This document shows, piece after piece, positions 6,803-14,887 of a stretch of DNA of 27,782 nt (positions are counted from its first letter, which is position 1; every line of letters begins with the position of its first letter). This DNA comes from a virus (Duplodnaviria; Caudoviricetes): positions 1 through 27,782 of the IMG/VR virus record IMGVR_UViG_3300032239_001297; one strand, written 5' to 3'. Made by a program: the position numbers and the translations under genes. The notes under the pieces were generated by a model. It was not told the DNA's origin, did no database searches, and saw only the letters and a program-made list of their open reading frames with translations.

Positions 6803-9800
6803 TGCTGAACCACCGTCGAAAAGTTTGTGATGTTGTTCCCACCAAGGAATGAGAATATACCCACCTTTGCCGCAGGAATCGCTAACGAGTTGGTCGTGGA
6901 CGCGCCAATCGCTCGACAAGGCGCGGACACATAATTCGTGATAGGTGTGGATGCAGAGTTTGATAATACCAATGTTGTCCACCGCATTTCGCCAGAAACC
7001 AATCCACTCACATTGGTAATGGACACGTTGGTCGAGGTCACAAAAAGCTGATAAGAGTTGTTCAAGCTAATAGCATTACTGCCGCCCACCCACACCACTG
7101 TTCCGCTGGTGATATTGGTTGATGGAACGGACGCGGGAATGTCATTCGTTCGCATCAGTCGGTTTGTGGTGTTCACCCCATAGTTGCGGTTGACCACATT
7201 GACATTCGTCCCATCCGTCCAGAGGGCCGATGCGCCATCAACCGCAACGATGGGCGCGACATTGTTGCTGCGGATTTCATGCGCCAGCGCGAAGAAGTTG
7301 AAATTTGAATCCACTCCCGATGGAACACCCGCCGCGTGGCTCACATAGTTGCCCGAGTTGTAATTCCAAAACTCCATCAGGTTCGTGGCGGGCGCGGTGT
7401 AGCCTTGAACGATGAGCGCGGTGACATTGTTGGATTGCTGCGCAACCTGAACGCCGTGAAGACGATTGAACAAAATCTGTGGGGAGTAGGTGTCCACGCC
7501 GATATTGTTGGCAAAGGTCAGCGTGTTCGCATCAACGCCCTGTGCCGACTCCAATGTAATCGCGGTTGTCTTTGTGTTAGCTTTGTTACGCCAAACCACC
7601 ATCCCGCCAGACACATTGAGCATACCATCTGTGCTGTTGTTTGTTTTGAGGTTGATGTCGCCATAGACATTCATCGTGACACGGGGGTTGCCGGTTAATT
7701 CAGGGTCAAAAGTCATTTGCAAACCGCCCGCTTGATAGTCCTTATTGTAGAACTGGAGGGCGTCCAAATCGAAATTAGCGTTCGCGTTGAAGTTTGAATA
7801 AATAGAACTTGGAATCTGGTTGGTGCTACGAGAGAAATTTATTCCGAAGGGGCGGAAGTTATAGTTTGAATACGGCGTGGTGTAGCTCATATACCACTCC
7901 GACTGAATGTAGTTGGCATAGTTCGCCCAGTTATCCTCATAACTTAATCCAAACGCGGGCTGATTGGTGTTAATCTGTGCTCCAGACCCGCTGAGGTTGT
8001 AGCCAATAGTCGTTTGATGGTCGGGGTGCGGGTCGCTAGTCACACTGTTTTGCGCGTTGCTGAATTGCAGGATAGAGAACGATTCGCGCATAGTGCCTTG
8101 CCCGTTCGCGCCCGCCGAGTAGATGAGTGAATTGCTGCCACCTGACGGGCTTACTGTCAGATTGGTAAAGATGGGGTAGTAGCCGCCACCCACCAATGTT
8201 GTCGCCGTTGAAGCATTGCCTGTGGTCGAGTTTGTAAGCGTGCCACTCACATAAGCCGCATTCACATTGGTAAGCGGACCACCATCAAGCGAATACTTGC
8301 GGCTGCCGCCGGACTCGGTCAAGAACCCCGCGCTGCCGCTGTTCGTGGCGATGATGCCATTGACCAGATACGTCCCGTTGCTGACGATTGCGGTCGGCGC
8401 GATGTTGGTCGCCAAACTGCCGTCTCTAGCGGTGCTTCCTGTCAGGGCTACGCTCACGCCACCGTCGGCGCGTATCACGGCAATTTCGTGGTCGAAGGCG
8501 CGGGTGAAATTGTTCGTCGGTGTGCCGACCACCACCGAGTTGTCTAATGTTATGACGATGTTCGTCCTTGCGGATGCGTTGATGTTTCCGAATCCCGTGT
8601 TGACTGTGAGCGACACATTGGTCGCACCGTAGAAGTTCCCGCCAGCAACCGAGCCGGAATCGGCGAAAACATGAGCGTTCGTAGATTCAGAGAAAAGCCC
8701 GCCGCTGTGCGCTCCGTCGTCGCTGCCAGCGGAGCATTGCTTCGCGTTAGAGAACTGCCCACCGCTGAATGAGCCGTTGTCGCTGCTGACATAGCTGTTC
8801 TTCGTGCTGTAAAGATTTCCGCCGCTGTGCGAGCCGCTCGCGCTGTATATGTAGCTGTTGGTGGCAGCTGGAAGATATCCGCCGCTGTGCGAGCCGCTCG
8901 AGCTTTGGATGTAGCTGTTGATGGCGGACGATAGATTCCCGCCGCTGAATGAACCAGCGACGCTAGAGACAAAGCTGTTGGATGACGCCGCGAAGCTCCC
9001 GCCGCTGAATGAGCCGTAGCCAGCGACGTAACCATTACCCGCCTCAGCCTCTTCCGCAGCAAATACTGCCGCTCGCCAATTCCCGACTCCTGTTCCAGTG
9101 AAGATGCCTCCGCCTTCGGTGTAGCTGTTGGTCAAGCCGTCGCTGTTGCCTGATAAATACCCTGCCGTCAATGTGCCAGTCAAAGTTGCGTTGCCGTTCG
9201 TGCCATCAAGATTCACTGTGGTCGTGCCGTTGTTCACAAATCTCAAGCTCTCTGGCAAAAGAGTGGCGGTGTAATACCCACTACCGCCGCCAGTCTCGCC
9301 GTCGAACAACCGGATGCGACCTTGACTGTTGAGATTATCGGCGATGCTGTAGGCTGCGTAGCCACCACCGCTGTAACTACGCCAATCCGTGCGCGTGCCG
9401 TAAAAGCCTGCCGTGCCGGTAAAGCTGTTGTTGTTCGTCTGCACCGCTTCCTGAGCCTGCGCGCGCGTCAAACCTGCTGCAGCGATGGCGGCGGTAAGGG
9501 CGGAGTTCGTGGCGAGTAGTCGGGCTGACACTCCATTACTCACCACCGTGTCGGCTGCAATGTAAGCCGTCTGGACAAGTCCTGTTTGCACTTGGTCATA
9601 GGAATAAGCGGCGGCGACCGCCCCATTGCTGATAGCCGTGCCTTGCGCCGTAGTCACAAAAGCCGTCGCGTTGCTCGCCGAGATATTGCCGAACGCCCCG
9701 TAAGGCGAGTTGGTCGCGAGCGTGGCGGTGGATGCATTGCCCGATGTGCTATTAGTCAGCGTGCCTTGAACTGGACCAGTATGAAGGCCAGAGGTATTAT

Positions 9801-11922
9801 TGGTTAATGTGCCTTGAACTGGACCCGTATGAAGGCCAGAAGTGTTATTGGTTAACGTTCCTACGATATTAGTGGCCGTGACATTTGTTAGAGCTGTGCC
9901 ATCGCCAGTAAAGACACCAGAAAAATTGCCAGCATAATTAGCCGATACTACAAGCGGTGTCGTAAAGCTCAGAGCGCTCGGATAGTTTGTTCCACCTGCA
10001 ATTACGAGAGTTGGCGTTCCATAGATCGTCAACGCATCGCATTTCAATCGACGTATCAGATAAAATCCTGTGGTATTCGTGGCCAAATACAGCTGAGCTG
10101 GCTGAGTCCAGCTATAGAGATTGGTCGTTGAGTTATTGTTCAAAACTGCCGGAGATGCCGTAGCCAATTGAATTAGATTGGTCAAATCGTACGAAGCATA
10201 GACTTCTGGATGAATCTGTATTGCTGCTGAGTTCTGTCCTTGATTTCCAGAAAAGTTTAGATACAAACCATTGACAAAAGGACCACTGACTGAAAGATAT
10301 CGATTCGTCGTGATAAGTGTATCGAAATACTGATTCACATTAGTTGAGACAAAAGTAAAAGTCTTACTATAATTCGTTGGTATTGAGACAGAAAAAACAT
10401 ATGACGTCGTTGAACCTCCGGCTCCAGAATAGTTAGTAATGGCTGAAGTATTCGTTGGTTGTAAAGTGGTGTAAAGAAATACGCCATTGTTCAAAATACT
10501 ATTGACATATGCGGATGTCACAAGTTCATTAGCTCCCGGATTCAGCTGAGTGCCGGAGACATCGTAAACGTGATTAGATATAAAAATACTGGCTCCGGAA
10601 CTGACCGTAACCGTATTCGTGAATAGCACGGTTCCATTGAATGTGGTCGAGTTGGTGACCGTCAGACTGTTTAATGTTGGAGAACTATAGTTGGTCAGAA
10701 TGTTACCACCTGCAGCCGCATTGGTCGCTGTAGTAGAAGTCGTAGCCGTAGTTGCATTGCCGGTGATTGAATTTGTCAGTGTGCCACTGACAAAACTAGA
10801 TAGTGTAGCCGTGGTTGCATTACCCGTAGTCGAATTGGTTAATGTGCCTTGAACTGGACCAGTATGAAGACCAGAAGTGTTATTAGTCAGCGTACCAGTC
10901 ACGCCTACTGCATTACTCGATGCGGCCAATGGAGTGTAAGGAAGCTGTGAATAGGCAATTGAACCACCATTGGTTGCGGGCGAAAAGCCTAATGTTGGTT
11001 GCTTACCGGCCAGATCTGAAACCAATCCTGTCACTTGAGATTCTGGAATTGCTGCGCCATTAGTTGCTGGAACGAATCCATATCGAGCCGCCGGAATTGT
11101 TCCGCTAATCAGATTTGTTGCAATGAGATTTGTCAATGCCGAGCCATCTAGTGAATACTTCCGCCTGCCACCGGTCTCAGTTAAAAACCCAGCGCTGCCA
11201 GAGTTCGTGGCAATGACGCCGTTGACCAGATATGTCCCATTACTGATGATTGCGCTCGCCGGGATGTTGGTTATTCCGCTACCGTCGCCGTTAAAATAAC
11301 TATCCAATGCGGTGATTTTTCCATTTGAAACCTCAATCTTCCCATCAGTCGCACTGTTGAAAATAGTGAACGCACCATTGGTAAAAGTTAAAGTTCCATC
11401 TACCAAAGTAATAGTGCTGCCGTTCACGGCCAGATTGCTAGATAGAGAAAGCGATTGAGTGAATACGTTTGCGTTAGTCCGCACCGCGTCTATTGCATCC
11501 GCGCGGGTAAAACTACTTGAGCCTGCCGATACCGTAAAAGTCTTGGTCATTCCACTAACAGAAGGTATTACTGTGGCATTTGATCCGGCAACAACGTTGT
11601 AATTCGTGATTGCACTGCTTATCTGAGTGTTAACGTAATTTGTTGTCGCCGCACCTACTGCATTAGCATAATTAGTGGTATTCTGTCCGATTTGATTGGC
11701 ATAGTTAGTTGCCGCGGCACCGGTCGAGGTCGCACTTACCGTGATATTTGAAGTCACTTCGGCGGTAGAGTAAACACTCAAACCACTGCGGGCGGTGGCA
11801 GGATTGGTCGTGGTCGTCCAAGAATTGGCAACCACGGGATTTGTTCCATATGATTGGCCAATTGACGTAAAGCACGTCAGAATGCAAAATATCAATGCCA
11901 ATAGCGTATAGATCTTTCTCAT
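6799..11922 (-). CDS. Large Thr/Asn/Gly/Ser-rich fibre/adhesin-like protein with signal peptide (1707 aa)
   Basis: N-terminus MRKIYTLLALIFCILTCFTSIG|Q. Recurring fibre-shaft motifs include FNGDGSGITN, FTGDGTALTN, TGNATTAT, and IPESQVTGLVSDLAGKQPTL. It has internal repeats and sits in the T4 gp9-wac slot. Confidence 0.85.
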   Translation of the reverse strand: MRKIYTLLALIFCILTCFTSIGQSYGTNPVVANSWTTTTNPATARSGLSVYSTAEVTSNITVSATSTGAAATNYANQIGQNTTNYANAVGAATTNYVNTQISSAITNYNVVAGSNATVIPSVSGMTKTFTVSAGSSSFTRADAIDAVRTNANVFTQSLSLSSNLAVNGSTITLVDGTLTFTNGAFTIFNSATDGKIEVSNGKITALDSYFNGDGSGITNIPASAIISNGTYLVNGVIATNSGSAGFLTETGGRRKYSLDGSALTNLIATNLISGTIPAARYGFVPATNGAAIPESQVTGLVSDLAGKQPTLGFSPATNGGSIAYSQLPYTPLAASSNAVGVTGTLTNNTSGLHTGPVQGTLTNSTTGNATTATLSSFVSGTLTNSITGNATTATTSTTATNAAAGGNILTNYSSPTLNSLTVTNSTTFNGTVLFTNTVTVSSGASIFISNHVYDVSGTQLNPGANELVTSAYVNSILNNGVFLYTTLQPTNTSAITNYSGAGGSTTSYVFSVSIPTNYSKTFTFVSTNVNQYFDTLITTNRYLSVSGPFVNGLYLNFSGNQGQNSAAIQIHPEVYASYDLTNLIQLATASPAVLNNNSTTNLYSWTQPAQLYLATNTTGFYLIRRLKCDALTIYGTPTLVIAGGTNYPSALSFTTPLVVSANYAGNFSGVFTGDGTALTNVTATNIVGTLTNNTSGLHTGPVQGTLTNNTSGLHTGPVQGTLTNSTSGNASTATLATNSPYGAFGNISASNATAFVTTAQGTAISNGAVAAAYSYDQVQTGLVQTAYIAADTVVSNGVSARLLATNSALTAAIAAAGLTRAQAQEAVQTNNNSFTGTAGFYGTRTDWRSYSGGGYAAYSIADNLNSQGRIRLFDGETGGGSGYYTATLLPESLRFVNNGTTTVNLDGTNGNATLTGTLTAGYLSGNSDGLTNSYTEGGGIFTGTGVGNWRAAVFAAEEAEAGNGYVAGYGSFSGGSFAASSNSFVSSVAGSFSGGNLSSAINSYIQSSSGSHSGGYLPAATNSYIYSASGSHSGGNLYSTKNSYVSSDNGSFSGGQFSNAKQCSAGSDDGAHSGGLFSESTNAHVFADSGSVAGGNFYGATNVSLTVNTGFGNINASARTNIVITLDNSVVVGTPTNNFTRAFDHEIAVIRADGGVSVALTGSTARDGSLATNIAPTAIVSNGTYLVNGIIATNSGSAGFLTESGGSRKYSLDGGPLTNVNAAYVSGTLTNSTTGNASTATTLVGGGYYPIFTNLTVSPSGGSNSLIYSAGANGQGTMRESFSILQFSNAQNSVTSDPHPDHQTTIGYNLSGSGAQINTNQPAFGLSYEDNWANYANYIQSEWYMSYTTPYSNYNFRPFGINFSRSTNQIPSSIYSNFNANANFDLDALQFYNKDYQAGGLQMTFDPELTGNPRVTMNVYGDINLKTNNSTDGMLNVSGGMVVWRNKANTKTTAITLESAQGVDANTLTFANNIGVDTYSPQILFNRLHGVQVAQQSNNVTALIVQGYTAPATNLMEFWNYNSGNYVSHAAGVPSGVDSNFNFFALAHEIRSNNVAPIVAVDGASALWTDGTNVNVVNRNYGVNTTNRLMRTNDIPASVPSTNITSGTVVWVGGSNAISLNNSYQLFVTSTNVSITNVSGLVSGEMRWTTLVLSNSASTPITNYVSAPCRAIGASTTNSLAIPAAKVGIFSFLGGNNITNFSTVVQQ
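8282..8409 (-). repeat. Diverged intragenic duplication, copy 2 (TNIAPTAIVSNGTYLVNGIIATNSGSAGFLTESGGSRKYSLDG)
   Basis: Matches 11144-11271 at an in-frame offset of 2862 nt; the differences are mostly synonymous. Confidence 0.9.
8596..9015 (-). repeat. Seven coding 60-bp tandem repeats (20 aa, GS[F/H]SGGx[F/L]xxxxNSY[V/I]xxxx)
   Basis: The gccgctg(tgc/aat)gagccg-like core recurs at 8641, 8701, 8761, 8821, 8881, 8941 and 9001. Confidence 0.9.
9761..9861 (-). repeat. Tandem 48-bp repeat x2 (GTLTNNTSGLHTGPVQ)
   Basis: gtgccttgaactggacc(a/c)gtatgaag occurs at 9761 and 9809, with a third copy at 10844. Confidence 0.9.
10836..10895 (-). repeat. Third copy of the 48-bp GTLTNNTSGLHTGPVQ repeat
   Basis: Near-identical to 9801-9860; offsets of 1035 and 1083 nt are both in frame. 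Confidence 0.9.
11144..11271 (-). repeat. Diverged intragenic duplication, copy 1 (TNIPASAIISNGTYLVNGVIATNSGSAGFLTETGGRRKYSLDG)
   Basis: Homologous to 8282-8409. Confidence 0.9.
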
Positions 11923-11929
11923 GATAACT

Positions 11930-11937
11930 TATTTATG
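11930..11937 (-). promoter_or_regulatory. Late promoter variant CATAAATA
   Basis: 7/8 match, 7 nt upstream of the 1707-aa gene ATG; opens the accessory cassette. Confidence 0.7.
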
Positions 11938-11945
11938 GTGCCGAA

Positions 11946-12449
11946 TTAAAGCTGCACGAACGGTTGCCATCCAGTAGCAGCAATTCCAGTCATCTTGAAG
12001 TAGAGTGTGCCACTAGTGGTATCAACATAGGAGTAACCTGGAGAAGCCATGACTATTCCTTCCGGAGAACCAGATCCAGAAAGGCGATATGGCAGAGGAG
12101 TTGGAGGAATGATCGTTGTTGATGTGGCTGCCGGAGTAAATTCAATCTGTCCTTCACGCAATCGTGTTACTCCGCCGGTGTTGTCATACATTTCAATGTC
12201 GTAGACATATCGACCGGCTATGGCGTTACGAGTCACGGCCGCATCCAGAAAGAGTGAAATGACTCCTTTGGTGGCATCTACCACGCGAATGACAAAATCC
12301 GTACCATTCACGGAAGCATAGCTTTTACGAAACTGACCACGAAAAAGCTTTCCGGTCACATTCAAAGGCATGCCATTATCGTCGAGCAAATTCAATGTGT
12401 AATTGAATGTGCTACCCTGATCGGCAATTAGATTGAGAACAAGAGCCAT
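11946..12449 (-). CDS. Virion structural beta-sandwich adaptor protein with a tailspike-type C-terminal motif
   Basis: The N-domain NLIADQGSTF...GRYVYDIEM...RLREGQIEFTP is common in T4-like fibre regions. A Pro/Thr linker leads to the C-terminal GSGSPEGIVMASPGYSYVDTTSGTLYFKMTG...TGW. Confidence 0.75.
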   Translation of the reverse strand: MALVLNLIADQGSTFNYTLNLLDDNGMPLNVTGKLFRGQFRKSYASVNGTDFVIRVVDATKGVISLFLDAAVTRNAIAGRYVYDIEMYDNTGGVTRLREGQIEFTPAATSTTIIPPTPLPYRLSGSGSPEGIVMASPGYSYVDTTSGTLYFKMTGIAATGWQPFVQL

Positions 12450-12454
12450 ATGAG

Positions 12455-13057
12455 TTATGCGTAATATCCAGTCACGGCTATGACAGAGCCATACAAATCA
12501 GCATCGCCATAACGATAGATTCGAATCGTACCATCCGGAGTCGAAAGATTGGCATTTCTGGCTATGATGCCACCTGCATTTTCTAACGACATTTTGATGA
12601 TCGTTGAACTTGAATTTTGCACATAGGTGGCCTGACCATTCCAATTATCCGTGTCATCCCGGCCCAAATAGTAGAGTTCAACCGCCGCCGGTGTCACACC
12701 TTGTAGTGTCGTGGTCAGATTGAGAAAGCCAGAATCGATTGGAGCAAAGTAGCCAGCCGTCCAATTGTATACGTTTGACGCCAAAATGAAATTTCCCAGG
12801 CCTGTTTGTCCGCTAAAGCCAGTGGCCGCAGCATTTAAGGCTCCGCGTAGAACGCCAAATGTGGTCGAAGCGTCGTAACCCGCAGCGTTGCCGATCCAGA
12901 TGATCTTTGGTTGAGCGAGCCATGTCCACTGTTTGATGCCACCGCCATTACCGCCATTAGCGATTGCATTATACAGATTGTTGATCTTCTGACGTTGAAT
13001 TTCAAACGTATCAGATTGTAAGACTGGAGGAGCCGGAGATGCAATTGTGAATGCCAT
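12455..13057 (-). CDS. Short baseplate-associated fibre/structural protein
   Basis: The N-terminal SDTFEIQRQKINNL motif is typical of T4-like fibre attachment helices. A Gly linker precedes the C-terminal domain, and the gene follows gp8. Confidence 0.65.
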   Translation of the reverse strand: MAFTIASPAPPVLQSDTFEIQRQKINNLYNAIANGGNGGGIKQWTWLAQPKIIWIGNAAGYDASTTFGVLRGALNAAATGFSGQTGLGNFILASNVYNWTAGYFAPIDSGFLNLTTTLQGVTPAAVELYYLGRDDTDNWNGQATYVQNSSSTIIKMSLENAGGIIARNANLSTPDGTIRIYRYGDADLYGSVIAVTGYYA

Positions 13058-13061
13058 AAAA

Positions 13062-14861
13062 TTAGAATTGTGTTATGATCGTGATAGCTTCGGATTGTCC
13101 TGGTGCCTGAATAATCGGTATGCGATTCTGAACGAACAGAACTTCACCGGTGCCAGTCTGATATTCATCGGACCCATAAGCACCTGTTGGTGTGATCGAT
13201 ACTGAACTGATTGTATAGGTCGACTGAGTCGTCAAAGTTGAATAATTACTCTTGCTTCGATAGCCATATGTTGCTCCAATCGAGGCAGTTGTAATCGGAA
13301 TTGGCGCCAATGGCACGTAGCTTCCAACAGTATTGCCAACCGTGCCAGAGCTCTGATGATAATAGATCGCCGTGGTCGACGTGGTGGCTTGCACAAAATT
13401 GACATATCCAGATGCACTCGATTCGGCTCCAGACGTAATCTGAATCACATCACCGGCCACAATGCCAGTTGAAGAGGTATTGACGATCAGATATTTTAGG
13501 CACCGCGTCGTGATGCTCGATCCAGTAGAAGCCGAAGTAAAGACCACCGGATTTCGAATCAATGAGATCTGACGAATCTGATCTGTGGAAGGCACATCAG
13601 CTGTTCCAGGATAGATCGTGTCATATGAGAAATTTGCATAGTAGCCAGCATACCACGCCGGCAGATCCGTGACAACGTCGTATCCGAATCCGCGAAGTGG
13701 TGCAATACGAGGATAGATCAAAGCTCCGACGCCTGTGCCACTTGTGAAGCGAACAGTTCCGGTGGTATATCCAGTGCCCGATGCGGTGATCGCCACGGTT
13801 AAAATTCCACCTGCCTGATTGACCGATGTAACACGTCCGGCGGCCACCACCGAACCATCTCCGTCAATAGTGAAGGTCGAGGCGGTCGTATAACCTATGC
13901 CGCCGTAGACCAGACGGCACGAATAAATTGAACCAGCCGAGGCGGTCGGCGATGTGATCAGCGTCGAAGATCCAGTAGTAGTTCCACGACGATAGACTTT
14001 GAAGAAGCGATTCGAATCCAGAGTTGACGAGGTGTTTACCGAGCTGATTAAGCCTAATGTGGTCAAAGTCGATGGAGTGTCTAGGCCCAGATCCGAAACA
14101 TAGACCCAACGATAGCCATCCGATGAGGCCGTACCGACCGTGCCCATGATTGAGGTATTCGTGCTAGGCGGTGTCGATGAGGTCGTCGGAGCAATGGAAT
14201 CGATTCCCGAGACCGCACAGACGTAGAGACGCGTCGTTGATCCGGATGTGCAGGTCACAAAGCACGGATAGGCGGTCTGACCATTGGCCATTGTCGTCGG
14301 CTGAAAACAGCTAGAATCCGATGAGTCCCAGGCCTTATAGTAATTTGACTGAGTCCAATTGTAACGAGGAAGAACAAATCCAGCGTTACCATAGATGGTC
14401 GATGAACCAGTAGATGTGGCCGCCGATACTTTCTGCAGAGCAATCAGATTGTTGCGAACTTCAGTCTCAGTTCGACGAGTGGGCGTTGGAGATCCAGGTG
14501 CTCCATCGGTGCCATCAATAGGACCATTATAGGCATCAGCCTTTCCAATGCCCACGTAATACTGCGAGAAAAATGATAGCAATGAGCCGCTTAAGCTTAC
14601 GATTGGCTGAGGATATACCGTAAAGCTGTTAGTTGAAACCGTAACGACTATGGCTGAGGTGCTCAAAGCACCAGTTCCAATTCCAGATGCCGTCGAAACC
14701 AACATTCCGGCCTGTAGATTTGAAGGAAGAACACCAGATGTTGGAGTCACGGTGGCTCCAGACGAAGAACATCCGGCAATCATCACCTTGGGCAAGATGA
14801 TCTCGTCCAAAGAGTTTATGACGTTATTCTTTCGAAAGCGATGTGTAATGATGGCTGACAT
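13062..14861 (-). CDS. gp8: Baseplate wedge subunit
   Basis: MSAIITHRFR, YYVGIGK, LPRYNW, DGYRWVY, RQISLIRNP and GEVLFVQNRIPI...ITIITQF. Confidence 0.88.
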   Translation of the reverse strand: MSAIITHRFRKNNVINSLDEIILPKVMIAGCSSSGATVTPTSGVLPSNLQAGMLVSTASGIGTGALSTSAIVVTVSTNSFTVYPQPIVSLSGSLLSFFSQYYVGIGKADAYNGPIDGTDGAPGSPTPTRRTETEVRNNLIALQKVSAATSTGSSTIYGNAGFVLPRYNWTQSNYYKAWDSSDSSCFQPTTMANGQTAYPCFVTCTSGSTTRLYVCAVSGIDSIAPTTSSTPPSTNTSIMGTVGTASSDGYRWVYVSDLGLDTPSTLTTLGLISSVNTSSTLDSNRFFKVYRRGTTTGSSTLITSPTASAGSIYSCRLVYGGIGYTTASTFTIDGDGSVVAAGRVTSVNQAGGILTVAITASGTGYTTGTVRFTSGTGVGALIYPRIAPLRGFGYDVVTDLPAWYAGYYANFSYDTIYPGTADVPSTDQIRQISLIRNPVVFTSASTGSSITTRCLKYLIVNTSSTGIVAGDVIQITSGAESSASGYVNFVQATTSTTAIYYHQSSGTVGNTVGSYVPLAPIPITTASIGATYGYRSKSNYSTLTTQSTYTISSVSITPTGAYGSDEYQTGTGEVLFVQNRIPIIQAPGQSEAITIITQF

Positions 14862-14873
14862 TATGATCGAGAG

Positions 14874-14881
14874 TATTTATA
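14874..14881 (-). promoter_or_regulatory. T4-type late promoter TATAAATA
   Basis: Perfect consensus between gp7 and gp8. Confidence 0.85.
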
Positions 14882-14887
14882 CGGCTT

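Noticed and set aside
6803-6982. N-terminal 60-aa extension of the LamG ORF in the track
   Set aside because: It overlaps the fibre gene; ATG 6802 gives an ATGA coupling and a clean signal peptide.
8596-9015. 60-bp periodic repeats as a CRISPR array
   Set aside because: The repeats are degenerate, in frame within a long ORF, and conserved at the protein level. There is no repeat/spacer structure and no cas gene.
8282-11271. Duplicated segment as a DGR template/variable repeat pair
   Set aside because: Mismatches are mostly synonymous and not adenine-specific. Both copies are mid-gene and no reverse transcriptase is in the window.
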